64,000 nt of DNA from Cohaesibacter sp. (GTDB lineage Bacteria; Pseudomonadota; Alphaproteobacteria; Rhizobiales; Cohaesibacteraceae): positions 3,726 to 67,725 of the forward strand of contig JAOXSH010000004.1 in the NCBI GenBank assembly GCA_025800145.1. The letters run 5' to 3'. The position numbers and the translations under genes were made by a program. The notes beneath the pieces are model-generated. The model worked only from the letters and a program-made list of their open reading frames with translations, did no database searches and had not been told where the DNA came from. Positions 41,874 through 51,626 of this stretch are shown piece after piece; the first letter of the stretch is position 1; every line of letters begins with the position of its first letter.

Positions 41874-43571
41874 GTGGCAAGCGGCTTTCGAAAATTAAAG
41901 ATGCAACTGGCAGCCCTCTCCCGGCGCTTTGCCAAAGCACGCATCCGCATTCCCAATTGTCAGGCCCGCTATGTAACCGGCTGTCCTGAACGCTTGCTCA
42001 TTGCCCCTCAGGATTTGCGCACAACAGACCCCACATTGGCCGATGATATCTATGCCGGTCTCTTTGTCTTTGCCGGACAGGTGGAGAATTGCGATGGCCA
42101 TTCCCCCTTCATCCATCTCTCCCGCTCCCAAGACTGGACGCGAGAATTGCATGGCTTTCGCTGGCTGCGGCATTTGCGGGCCTCACGTACAAATCTGGCC
42201 AAATCCAATGCTCAAATTCTGGTTGATGACTGGATTCAAAAAAGCCGTAACCATCCCACTCAAGCATGGGAATTAAGTGTGACAGCCAATCGCGTCATGG
42301 CATGGCTCAACAATTCTCCCTTAATTTTGCAAAATGCTGATCACGATTTTTATCGCCAATTTATACGCGCCCTCTATGTGCAAATCCGCTATTTACGCGC
42401 CGCTTTTGCCAGCAGCCCCAAAAATGAAACCCGTCTTTTCATCCTGATGGCCGAATTGGCCGGTTGGCTGGCATTTTCAGGCAAGGAACGTCAGGCCAAA
42501 ATAACCGCCAAAAGACTGGTCAGCGAGCTGGAAGAGCAAATCCTGCCAGATGGTGGCCATCAATCACGCAATTCCATGATATTAATTCATTGCCTTTTGG
42601 AATTACTGCCGTTGCGGCAAGCCTTTCTGGCCCGTGACATGGTGCCCCCCGATGGCCTTTTGGATGCAATCGAGCGCATGATGCCAATGCTACGCTTCTT
42701 TCGTCACTCCAATGGCGATATGGCCCATTTCAATGGTGCAGGCGCAACACCGGCAGACCTGTTAGCGACCATTCTGGCCTATGATGAAACCCGCGGCGCT
42801 CCCGTCTCCAATGCCTCTTTCTCCGGCTATCATCGTCTGGAAGCAGGCCCAATGTTGGCCCTGTTTGATTATGGCGAGCAACCCCCTTTGGACCAATCCG
42901 TGCAAGCCCATGCCGGAACCCTTGCCTTTGAATTGAGCATTGATCACGCCCCGTTGATCGTCAATTGTGGTGCCCCCTCCAGCCGCCATGAAAATTGGCG
43001 CGAATTGGCCCGCAGCACCGCCGCTCATTCCACCCTGATCATTCAGGACACCAATAGCTGTCAATTTGCTGGCAAAATAGCTGATCTCAATGGCCGCCCG
43101 ATCCTAAAAGGCCCTGGCCCCATCCAGTGCGAGCGCAGTCTGGAACATGGACAGGAAACCATCATCGCCCATCATGACGCCTATAGCGAAAAATTTGGTA
43201 TGCGCCATAGTCGCAAACTTTGGTTGGCCATCGATGGCAGACGGCTGGACGGGCAAGATGAATTGCTGCCAAAAGGCAAAGGCATCAAAGCCGGGCAGGA
43301 CGCCTATGCCATCCGCTTCCATCTGCATCCATCCGTTCATGTGGAATTAAATGCGGAACAGGACAGGGCCTATTTCGCTCTTTCAAACGGCGAAATCTGG
43401 CACTTCGTCTGTCAGGACAATCATATCAGTCTCGAAGACAGTGTCTTCTTATCTGATATCCATGGCATTCGACCAACCAAGCAACTGGTCCTCAATGGCC
43501 ATGCCAGCCATATTTCCTCCATTCACTGGTATTTCGAGCGCGTGTCTTTTGCCCAGCCAAGCAACAAATGA
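41874..43571 (+). CDS. Heparinase II/III-family protein
   Basis: LHGFRWLRHL, QILPDGGH.SRN, HAGTLAFE, NCGAP, RSTAAHST, YAIRFHLHP. Confidence 0.85.
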   Translation: MASGFRKLKMQLAALSRRFAKARIRIPNCQARYVTGCPERLLIAPQDLRTTDPTLADDIYAGLFVFAGQVENCDGHSPFIHLSRSQDWTRELHGFRWLRHLRASRTNLAKSNAQILVDDWIQKSRNHPTQAWELSVTANRVMAWLNNSPLILQNADHDFYRQFIRALYVQIRYLRAAFASSPKNETRLFILMAELAGWLAFSGKERQAKITAKRLVSELEEQILPDGGHQSRNSMILIHCLLELLPLRQAFLARDMVPPDGLLDAIERMMPMLRFFRHSNGDMAHFNGAGATPADLLATILAYDETRGAPVSNASFSGYHRLEAGPMLALFDYGEQPPLDQSVQAHAGTLAFELSIDHAPLIVNCGAPSSRHENWRELARSTAAHSTLIIQDTNSCQFAGKIADLNGRPILKGPGPIQCERSLEHGQETIIAHHDAYSEKFGMRHSRKLWLAIDGRRLDGQDELLPKGKGIKAGQDAYAIRFHLHPSVHVELNAEQDRAYFALSNGEIWHFVCQDNHISLEDSVFLSDIHGIRPTKQLVLNGHASHISSIHWYFERVSFAQPSNK

Positions 43572-43762
43572 TCACAATAATCACCAAATATGATCGCAAT
43601 ATGAGACCAATGAATAGACAATCTCTGCAAAAAGGATTGTTTCACCAAACGCCAAAACATGATATTTGGCAGCGGTCTGTAGTCTTTTGCCCTCATTTTG
43701 GCGAAACAAGCCCTATGTGAGCGCAAAAGAGCCTGCCAAAATCGCAAAATTCGGGATCCATC

Positions 43763-45376
43763 ATGTCTGTTGCACCGCTTTCCGTTACCGCGCCGGAACT
43801 TGTCACCATCAAGCGCGCTCTTCTTTCCGTTTCCGACAAATCAGGCATCATCGAATTTGCCAAAACCTTGGCAGACAAAGGCGTTGAACTGGTCTCAACA
43901 GGCGGCACCCGCAAGGCCATTTCAGAGGCAGGCATTGCGGTGAAAGACATTTCCGAAATTACCGACTTTCCAGAAATCATGGATGGCCGCGTCAAAACCC
44001 TGCATCCGCGCGTCCATGGCGGTTTGCTTGGTGCCCGCTCCGTAGACAGTCATGCCAGCGCTATGCGCGAGCATGGCATCCCGGAAATTGATCTGGTTGT
44101 CGTCAATCTCTATCCCTTTGAGGAAACCGTCAAGACAGGCGGCGATTATGCCACCACGGTTGAAAATGTCGATATTGGCGGCCCCGCCATGATCCGCGCT
44201 TCTGCCAAAAATCATGCATTTCTGACCACCTTGGTTGATCCTGCCGACTATGCCAAAGTCACAGATCTGATCAATGAACATGGCGGCGTGCCTTATGAAG
44301 AGCGCAAACGCTTTGCCGCCAAAGCCTTTTCACGCACCGCAGCTTATGATGCAGCCATTTCCGGCTGGTTTGCACAAGAGTTGGATATCGAAGCCCCAAC
44401 CTATCGGGCCTTTGGTGGTGAACTGGCAGAAATCATGCGCTATGGTGAAAATCCGCATCAAAAAGCAGGCTTTTACAAAAATGCCTCCACACGCCCCGGC
44501 GTCGCAACAGCTGTGCAAGTACAAGGCAAGCAACTTTCCTACAACAATATCAATGACACAGATGCCGCCTATGAATTGGTCAGTGAATTTGATCCGAAAG
44601 CAAGTGCCGCTGTTGCCATCATCAAACATGCCAATCCATGCGGCGTTGCAACAGGTGCCAGCCTGAAAGAGGCCTATGAAAAAGCCCTGCAATGCGACCC
44701 AGTCTCAGCCTTTGGCGGCATCATTGCCTTGAACCGGACATTGGACGCAGAAGCGGCCAGCGAAATCATCAAAATCTTCACCGAAGTGATCATCGCACCA
44801 GATGCCAGCGATGAAGCAAAAGCGCTGATCGCTTCCAAAAAGAATTTGCGTCTTTTGCTAGCAGGCAGCCTTGCCGATCCGCGCGAGGAAGGCGTCATGG
44901 TCAAATCTGTTGCTGGCGGCTTGCTGGTGCAATCACGCGACAATGGCGTGGTGGACGATCTGGATTTGACAGTCGTCACCAAACGTCAGCCAAGCGAACA
45001 GGAAATGGCCGATCTGAAATTTGCCTTCAAAGTCGGCAAACATGTCAAATCCAACGCCATTGTCTATGTCAAGGATGGCGCGACAGTCGGCGTTGGAGCA
45101 GGACAAATGAGCCGGGTTGATTCTGCCCGCATCGCCGCCCGCAAAGCAGAAGATGCCGCCGAAACCGCTGGCCTGCCAGAAGCCTTGACCAAGGGCTGTG
45201 TGGTAGCATCAGACGCCTTCTTCCCCTTTGCCGATGGCCTGATGGCCGCCGCCGCCGCTGGTGCAACCGCTGTCATCCAGCCAGGTGGCTCCATGCGCGA
45301 TGACGATGTGATCAAAGCCGCCGATGAGGCAGGCCTTGCCATGGTCATGACCGGAATGCGTCATTTCCGCCACTAG
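43763..45376 (+). CDS. purH: Bifunctional AICAR transformylase/IMP cyclohydrolase
   Basis: [39 protein letters not shown]. Confidence 0.99.
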   Translation: MSVAPLSVTAPELVTIKRALLSVSDKSGIIEFAKTLADKGVELVSTGGTRKAISEAGIAVKDISEITDFPEIMDGRVKTLHPRVHGGLLGARSVDSHASAMREHGIPEIDLVVVNLYPFEETVKTGGDYATTVENVDIGGPAMIRASAKNHAFLTTLVDPADYAKVTDLINEHGGVPYEERKRFAAKAFSRTAAYDAAISGWFAQELDIEAPTYRAFGGELAEIMRYGENPHQKAGFYKNASTRPGVATAVQVQGKQLSYNNINDTDAAYELVSEFDPKASAAVAIIKHANPCGVATGASLKEAYEKALQCDPVSAFGGIIALNRTLDAEAASEIIKIFTEVIIAPDASDEAKALIASKKNLRLLLAGSLADPREEGVMVKSVAGGLLVQSRDNGVVDDLDLTVVTKRQPSEQEMADLKFAFKVGKHVKSNAIVYVKDGATVGVGAGQMSRVDSARIAARKAEDAAETAGLPEALTKGCVVASDAFFPFADGLMAAAAAGATAVIQPGGSMRDDDVIKAADEAGLAMVMTGMRHFRH

Positions 45377-45412
45377 AGCATATTTTTCGAAAATGTGTGC
45401 GGTTTTAGGGCA
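45373..45412. repeat. Degenerate, truncated copy 3 of the CTAG repeat
   Basis: CTAGAGCATATTTTTCGAAAATGTGTGCGGTTTT matches the first arm of copies 1 and 2; overlaps the purH TAG. Confidence 0.75.
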
Positions 45413-45427
45413 CATAAAAATCCAGAC

Positions 45428-45463
45428 AAAAAGCCCGGTGCTCACATGAGAGCCGGGCTTTTT
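45428..45463. terminator. Bidirectional terminator between purH and the SDR
   Basis: AAAAAGCCCGG...CCGGGCTTTTT. Confidence 0.8.
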
Positions 45464-45482
45464 GTATCTCAAGGATAATGTC

Positions 45483-46268
45483 TTATTTGGGCTCCAGACG
45501 AATGGCCCCATCCAGACGGATGGCTTCCCCATTGAGCATGTCATTCTCAATAATATGCTGCACCAGCTTGGCATATTCATCCCCCTGCCCAAGCCGGGCA
45601 GGAAACGGCGTTTTTGCCCCAAGGCTGGCCACCACATCTTCGGGCAAACTATCAAACATCGGCGTATGAAACAGGCCCGGCATAATGGTACAAATGCGAA
45701 TGCCCTCTTTGGCCAAATCCCGTGCAATTGGCAAAGTCAGACCCAACACCCCACTTTTCGAAGCAGAATAGGCAACCTGCCCCATTTGCCCATCAGTTGC
45801 AGCAATGGAAGAAGTATTGACAATCACCCCCTTACTGCCATTACCATCCAAAGCATCCAGCCGCGCCATACCAGCTGCACATTTGGCAATCATATGAAAG
45901 GTGCCAATCAGATTGACCTGAATAACCTTGGAAAACAGCCCCAGATCATGAGCCTTCATCTCACCGCTCTCCCGATCCCGGCTCACAGTCTTCTTACCAA
46001 CAACAATTCCGGCACAATTGACCAAAACAACTTCCTGACCATGGCTAGCGCGCGCTTTTTGTAAAGCACCATCCACACTGGCCTCATCGCTCACATCCAC
46101 ATGACAAAACAGACCACCAATCTCATTGGCAACCTGTTTGCCCCGCATATCATTCATGTCAAACAAGGCAACTTTCATACCTTGTCCAGCCAACCGCCGC
46201 GCCGTTGCTTCCCCCAAACCAGAAGCACCACCGGTGACAATGGCAGCCATGCCTGCTTTGATATCCAT
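45483..46268 (-). CDS. SDR, type-II 3-hydroxyacyl-CoA dehydrogenase-like
   Basis: TGGASGLG, VNCAG, GQMGQVAYSASK, MLNGEAIRLDGAIR. Confidence 0.9.
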   Translation of the reverse strand: MDIKAGMAAIVTGGASGLGEATARRLAGQGMKVALFDMNDMRGKQVANEIGGLFCHVDVSDEASVDGALQKARASHGQEVVLVNCAGIVVGKKTVSRDRESGEMKAHDLGLFSKVIQVNLIGTFHMIAKCAAGMARLDALDGNGSKGVIVNTSSIAATDGQMGQVAYSASKSGVLGLTLPIARDLAKEGIRICTIMPGLFHTPMFDSLPEDVVASLGAKTPFPARLGQGDEYAKLVQHIIENDMLNGEAIRLDGAIRLEPK

Positions 46269-46316
46269 ACTTTTTCTTTCCCTTGCCAATCATCTGTGAT
46301 CACACAATAATGCAAG

Positions 46317-46332
46317 TTGACGTTAACGTCTA
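46317..46332. promoter_or_regulatory. Palindrome TTGACGT-TA-ACGTCTA (LiuR-like) overlapping a likely SDR promoter
   Basis: Read directly; the minus strand gives TAGACG-N17-TATTGT over the palindrome. Confidence 0.55.
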
Positions 46333-46444
46333 ATAGTACATCAGGATATCTTTTATAACAAAGGTTTAAGAGAAATAAAAACTATAGATAAAAGTTTCAT
46401 CCTCTCACCTTGAAGCAAAAGAAACATACCCCCATATCAAAAAG

Positions 46445-46885
46445 ATGAGCAAAACGAACCCGATACGCCATTATGACGAAGATGAGCTGGAGTTTTTACT
46501 GCCAGAAGAGGCAGCAAAAGATGACATAGGCCATGCCTCAAGCCAGAACAGTAAAAAGGCCCGGTCAGTTCGCAAAAAATTCTGGAAAGTTGTCAAAAAA
46601 GCCGCTCACCAAATCCCAATCATGGAAGAGGTGGTGGCAGGCTATTATTGCGCCTTTGACAGAAGCACTCCAGCCAAAGTCCGTCTCACTCTCATCGGCG
46701 CACTGGCCTATTTTGTCCTACCTCTCGATTTCATTCCAGATTTCATCCTCGGTCTTGGCTTTGGTGATGACCTGGCCGTCCTGACCATGGCCATTCGTAG
46801 CGTCGCCAACCATATAACAGATGAACATCGCCGCAAAGCCAAACAGGCCTTGCATGACCATATGATGCATGAGCAAGACGAGTAA
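46445..46885 (+). CDS. YkvA/DUF1232 membrane protein
   Basis: ALAYFVLPLDFIPDFILGLGFGDDLAV. Confidence 0.9.
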   Translation: MSKTNPIRHYDEDELEFLLPEEAAKDDIGHASSQNSKKARSVRKKFWKVVKKAAHQIPIMEEVVAGYYCAFDRSTPAKVRLTLIGALAYFVLPLDFIPDFILGLGFGDDLAVLTMAIRSVANHITDEHRRKAKQALHDHMMHEQDE

Positions 46886-46887
46886 AA

Positions 46888-47862
46888 TCAGGGCGTGATA
46901 ATCACCTTGCCTTTCACCTCCCGGTTGGCAATGGCCGCCAGCGCTTTGGGCGTGTCTTCCAGCGCATAAGTCTGATGGATATGGGGCACCAAATTCCCCT
47001 TGGCCACCCAATCCAGCAATTGGCGAACATTCTCGGCATGTTCGTTTGGTTCGCGTATCACCGCTTCCCCCCAAAACACCCCCAAAACATCAACGCCTTT
47101 CAGCATCACAAGATTAAGCGGCATCTTGGTAATTGTGCCAGAGGCAAATCCAACCACCAAAAAGCGGCCATACCAACCCGTTGCCCGCAAAGCCGCCTCA
47201 GCCAAATCGCCACCGACCGGATCATAAACAACATCGACGCCACGACCATCTGTCAGCTCTTTGAGGGTGAGTTTGAGATCTTCCCGTTTGTAATTGATGC
47301 AATCATCAGCGCCAAAGCTGCGACAAAATTCCAGCTTTTCTTGCGAAGAAGCGCAAGCAATCACCCGCGCACCCATCAATTTACCAATCTCGATCGCGGC
47401 TTGACCAACGCCACCCGCTGCCCCCAAAACGGCAAGACTTTCTTCTCTCTGCAATTTGGCACGGTTTTTAAGGCCATAAAGGGTCGTGCCATATGTCACC
47501 ATCAAACCTGCCGCTTTTTCAAAAGCCAATCCATCCGGCATGACAATGGCATCTTTTTCGCTCACCAGCACATAATCGCGACAGCCGCCCCAGCGCAAAT
47601 AGACAACCACCCGATCACCGGCTTTCACATGCTTGCAATCCTGCCCCACCTCTTCCACCACACCGGCAATTTCAGCCGAAGGAGAAAAAGGCAAATCGGG
47701 CTGATATTGATATTTGTTGCGAATGATCAAAGTATCAAAAAAGTTCAATGCGGCGGCTTTCACCGCAATCAGCACCTCGCCGGGGCCGGGTTGCGGTTTT
47801 GGCACCTCTTCCACCACCAGCTCCTCTGGTCCACCATAGCTCTTGCACAAAACAGCACGCAT
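46888..47862 (-). CDS. NADPH:quinone oxidoreductase family (MDR)
   Basis: MRAVLC..YGGPE, AALNFFD, GAAGGVG, DVVYDPVGG, GFASG. Confidence 0.92.
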   Translation of the reverse strand: MRAVLCKSYGGPEELVVEEVPKPQPGPGEVLIAVKAAALNFFDTLIIRNKYQYQPDLPFSPSAEIAGVVEEVGQDCKHVKAGDRVVVYLRWGGCRDYVLVSEKDAIVMPDGLAFEKAAGLMVTYGTTLYGLKNRAKLQREESLAVLGAAGGVGQAAIEIGKLMGARVIACASSQEKLEFCRSFGADDCINYKREDLKLTLKELTDGRGVDVVYDPVGGDLAEAALRATGWYGRFLVVGFASGTITKMPLNLVMLKGVDVLGVFWGEAVIREPNEHAENVRQLLDWVAKGNLVPHIHQTYALEDTPKALAAIANREVKGKVIITP

Positions 47863-48060
47863 GACACATCTCCCAATCTGATTCGCCGCAACTTTCAGCG
47901 CTAACATCGCAGCAAAAACAAAAGAAAATAGCCAGATCGCCAAAAGCGTTAGGAAAATAGTTGCTTTTGGCACGTCGGCTGGCGCAAAAGATAGACAATG
48001 CCCCCACAAATGCCTATTGCAAGAGCTGCAAAACACAAAGGCAACAGGGAAAGGACCAGA

Positions 48061-48603
48061 ATGCGCGGATATTTTGCAATCGGAGTGGAAGGCCTGTCCA
48101 AACAGGGCAATTTCGGCAATCTCGTGCGCACCGCCCATGCGTTCGGAGCCAGCTTCTTTTTTACCATCAGCGCCGAAAAAACATTTTCCCGCCAAGGCAC
48201 AGATACCTCGCGCAGCTCGGACCATATTCCCTATTATCCATGGGCAAGTGCCGATGAAATGCTCCTGCCAAAAGATTGCCGTCTGGTGGGTGTAGAGCTA
48301 ACAGAAGATGCCGTTACCTTGCCAAGTTTTCGTCATCCCACAAAAGCGGCTTATATTTTGGGACCGGAAGCTGGCAGCCTGACACAAAATATGCAGGATC
48401 GCTGCGAATTTATCATCAAGATCCCAACGAAATTTTGCCTCAATGTCGCAACGGCTGGTGCCATCATTATGTATGACCGCGTGCAATCCATGGGCGGCTT
48501 TAGCGAACGCCCTGTGCGCGCTGGCGGACCTTTGGAAGAAAAAATCCATACACATGGCCAGCCAAAATTCCGCTCTGGTGTGCCAGATGCCCTCAAAGGC
48601 TAA
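48061..48603 (+). CDS. TrmH/SpoU-family RNA methyltransferase
   Basis: NFGNLVRTAHAFG, ILGPEAGSL, FCLNVATAGAIIMYDR. Confidence 0.92.
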   Translation: MRGYFAIGVEGLSKQGNFGNLVRTAHAFGASFFFTISAEKTFSRQGTDTSRSSDHIPYYPWASADEMLLPKDCRLVGVELTEDAVTLPSFRHPTKAAYILGPEAGSLTQNMQDRCEFIIKIPTKFCLNVATAGAIIMYDRVQSMGGFSERPVRAGGPLEEKIHTHGQPKFRSGVPDALKG

Positions 48604-48838
48604 CGATTACCTGTTTGAGACAACCATGGATCATCACATTTGCCAATCTCTTGCCGCATTCTGTACCCACAGTGACAATCAGGCGCAAAAAGGACCGTTG
48701 AGACAATTTTCACAAGACAAATGACACTTTTTTGCAATTGCTTCACGGTTTGGTAACCCCATTTTGGGTAAACCTATTATGAATATGGGGCCACTGGGTC
48801 CCGACAATCCCAGTCGAACGAACGCACGACAGGTCGAT

Positions 48839-49351
48839 ATGAAAAGCTTGAAAATTCTTGGTGTAGCCACCCTATTCGCTCTTGCCTCCTCTGCCTCTTT
48901 TGCGCAGGGTTCTGCATCCCGTATCCAGCAGTTCAAGGACTGGGGCACCTATGTCCTGAACGATAGCCAGCGCGGCAAAATGTGTTTTGCTGCCAGCCAG
49001 CCAAAGGATATGGAACCAAAGAATGTAAACCGTGATCCGGTTTATTTCTTCATCACCACCCGCCCCCGCGAAGGCGTGCGCGAAGAGGTGAATGTGATCA
49101 CCGGCTATCCTTATAAGGAAGGCTCCAAAACCAGCATTCAGATCGGCTCTGACAGCTTCTCGCTCTATACATCCGGTGATGGGGCATGGTTGGAAAATGC
49201 CGCAGACGAAGCCCGTCTGGTTAATGCCATGCGCCGTGGGTCGACCATGGTTGTGCGCGGCACGTCCCGCCGTGGTACATTGACCATTGATACCTATTCT
49301 CTGGCTGGCATCACCGCCGCCACCAAAAAAGCGCTGGAATCCTGCCGTTAA
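48839..49351 (+). CDS. Invasion-associated locus B (IalB)-family exported protein
   Basis: Signal peptide; QFKDWGTY, CFAASQP, GDGAW, MRRGSTM, YSLAGITAA..C. Confidence 0.8.
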   Translation: MKSLKILGVATLFALASSASFAQGSASRIQQFKDWGTYVLNDSQRGKMCFAASQPKDMEPKNVNRDPVYFFITTRPREGVREEVNVITGYPYKEGSKTSIQIGSDSFSLYTSGDGAWLENAADEARLVNAMRRGSTMVVRGTSRRGTLTIDTYSLAGITAATKKALESCR

Positions 49352-49687
49352 GCGGCAACCAGACAGAAAATTTCGCCAAGAAAGAGGCTGACAAAGCCAT
49401 CAATCTGGCCTATAAGACACAAGAAGCGGCGTAAAACCAAAATCGGTTTGCGCCGTTTTGCTATGACAAAGCAAAAGACCAATAGTCCCTTACTGACACT
49501 GATTCACCCCCTGAATGACAAAAATTGTCACCAAGGGCAAAGCTGAGGTTCTTCCCTGTCCGGCTCTCCGGCAAAGAATCCGTCTGGAATGGTGAAGACA
49601 TGAATTGAGCGCGCTGATCGATCACACACGAGAAAAAGTGCAGCCAATCAACCTTGAAAAGAGGCCCTCAAAATGAGGGAGAGCCAC

Positions 49688-51001
49688 ATGAACACAGCTG
49701 TAACAGCACAACAATCTGATAGTACCAGCACCATCCCAATAGCCGCAATCGAAACGCCCGCCCGTCCAGGCAATTGGGAAATAGCCGATCCAGCCAAAAT
49801 CAACTTGGTGGGCATGGACCGCGAAGATCTGGCACAAGTGCTGGAACAAATAGGCGTCAAGCCAAAGCAAATCCGTATGCGCGTCAACCAGCTCTGGCAC
49901 TGGATTTATCTGCGCGGCGCATCCAGCTTTGACGACATGACCAATGTCTCCAAAGATTTGCGCGCCAAACTGGATAGACAACATACAATTGCTCATCCCG
50001 AATTGGTCGCTGAGCAAATCTCGGTTGATGGCACAAGAAAATGGCTCATCCGCTTTCCCGCACGCGGCGCAGGCAAACCGGTCGAAGTGGAAACGGTTTA
50101 TATCCCCGATCAAAGCCGCGGCACGTTATGCGTCTCCAGTCAGGTGGGCTGTACACTCAATTGTACTTTTTGCCATACAGGCACCCAAAAACTGGTGCGC
50201 AACCTGACAGCAGAAGAAATTGTTGCCCAGCTGCGCATTGCCCGCGAAATGCTCAATGATTTTCCAGAGCGCGAACCGGAAACCGGGGCCATCGTGCCCA
50301 AAACCGGACGCTTTGTCTCCAACATCGTCATGATGGGCATGGGCGAGCCGCTTTATAATTATGATCATGTAAGAAAATCCTTGCAGATCATGTGTGACGG
50401 CGAAGGCCTGTCCATCTCACGCCGCCGCATCACCTTGTCCACTTCTGGTCATGTGCCCAATATCGAACGCATTGGCGCAGAAACAGGCTGTGCGCTTGCC
50501 ATTTCCTTGCACGCGGTCACCGATGAATTGCGCAACGAATTGGTGCCAATCAACAAAAAATGGCCCCTCAAGGATTTGCTGCAAGCCTGCCGCACTTATC
50601 CAGGCGTCTCCAACGCCAAACGCATCACATTTGAATATGTCATGCTCAAGGGCGTCAATGATTCCCTCAAAGAGGCCGCTCAATTGGTCAAATTGCTCAA
50701 AGGCATTCCAGCCAAGATCAACCTCATTCCCTTCAATCCATGGCCAGGTACCCAATATGAATGCTCTGACTGGGACCAGATTGAGGAATTTGCCGATTTT
50801 ATCAATAAGGCCGGCTATGCATCCCCCGTCCGTACCCCACGCGGACGCGATATCTTTGCCGCTTGCGGACAGCTCAAATCCGAGACCGAGCGCCTGCGCA
50901 AGGCAGAACGCGAAAAACTGGAACTGGAAGCATTAGAGAGAATGCGTCTGTCCAACCTTGCAGGCGATGGCTCCAATGACGATATGGAAGATGAGGATTA
51001 G
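49688..51001 (+). CDS. rlmN: Dual-specificity RNA methyltransferase RlmN
   Basis: [18 protein letters not shown] radical-SAM motif, MGMGEP, AACGQL; SD GAGGGAG before ATG 49688. Confidence 0.97.
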   Translation: MNTAVTAQQSDSTSTIPIAAIETPARPGNWEIADPAKINLVGMDREDLAQVLEQIGVKPKQIRMRVNQLWHWIYLRGASSFDDMTNVSKDLRAKLDRQHTIAHPELVAEQISVDGTRKWLIRFPARGAGKPVEVETVYIPDQSRGTLCVSSQVGCTLNCTFCHTGTQKLVRNLTAEEIVAQLRIAREMLNDFPEREPETGAIVPKTGRFVSNIVMMGMGEPLYNYDHVRKSLQIMCDGEGLSISRRRITLSTSGHVPNIERIGAETGCALAISLHAVTDELRNELVPINKKWPLKDLLQACRTYPGVSNAKRITFEYVMLKGVNDSLKEAAQLVKLLKGIPAKINLIPFNPWPGTQYECSDWDQIEEFADFINKAGYASPVRTPRGRDIFAACGQLKSETERLRKAEREKLELEALERMRLSNLAGDGSNDDMEDED

Positions 51002-51078
51002 GACGTAAACTCATAAATCCTTCTCTTTCTCACCTGCAACCAGCAGGCCTTCAAATAGCGCAAAAGATTGGAAAGACC

Positions 51079-51531
51079 GTGAGCTTTTCCCGCCTCCTTG
51101 CCCGCCTGATGATGGTTCCTTTGGGGCTTTTCTGTGCAATTCTGGCAACAGGCATTTTTCTTGCCTTTGCCTTGCTCACCCTTGATCCGCATTATGGAAC
51201 AGATCCGCAGCTACACTCTATTTTTGCCCTTTTTTCCGGTGTTGTGATGGCCGCAATGATTGGTCCTTTTTCGGTCACCCCAACTTTGGCATTTTTGCTG
51301 ATGGCGGAATTGCTCTCTTGGCGCAGTCTCTATATCTATCTTGGTTTCGGGCTAACATTGTCGCTATTTGCCTTTCATGTGCCAACTGAGGCAAAAGATC
51401 AAATGGCAACAGATCTGGATATCCGCGCCATGGCATCGGGCCTTGTTGGCGGCTTTGTCTATTGGATGATTGCAGGACGAGGTGCAGGCATTGTCAAACG
51501 TGACGCCAACAACAAGCCTCTTGCGCTTTAA
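51079..51531 (+). CDS. Uncharacterised membrane protein (about 4 TM)
   Basis: Several hydrophobic stretches; C-terminal GGFVYWMIAGRGAG. Confidence 0.7.
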   Translation: MSFSRLLARLMMVPLGLFCAILATGIFLAFALLTLDPHYGTDPQLHSIFALFSGVVMAAMIGPFSVTPTLAFLLMAELLSWRSLYIYLGFGLTLSLFAFHVPTEAKDQMATDLDIRAMASGLVGGFVYWMIAGRGAGIVKRDANNKPLAL

Positions 51532-51626
51532 GTCAAAACAAAAAACCCGTCGTGAAAAGACACTTGGCTTTTAAAGCCAGATCGCAATAATGGCCCCATC
51601 TTGCCATAGCCAGATAGTGCATAAAG

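Noticed and set aside
46888-48225. 445-aa version of the quinone oxidoreductase ORF overlapping the TrmH gene
   Set aside because: Homology begins at MRAVL (47862); the upstream extension is antisense to TrmH and its promoter.
49352-49687. About 335-bp region before rlmN with small hairpins, examined as a riboswitch or sRNA
   Set aside because: No SAM-II, TPP, cobalamin, FMN or glycine consensus recognised; the IalB terminator plus the rlmN promoter can explain it. An Rfam scan would be decisive.
10567-51015. Exact 15-mer GGACGTAAACTCATA at 10567 and 51001
   Set aside because: A few exact 15-mer matches are expected by chance in 64 kb; the contexts are unrelated.
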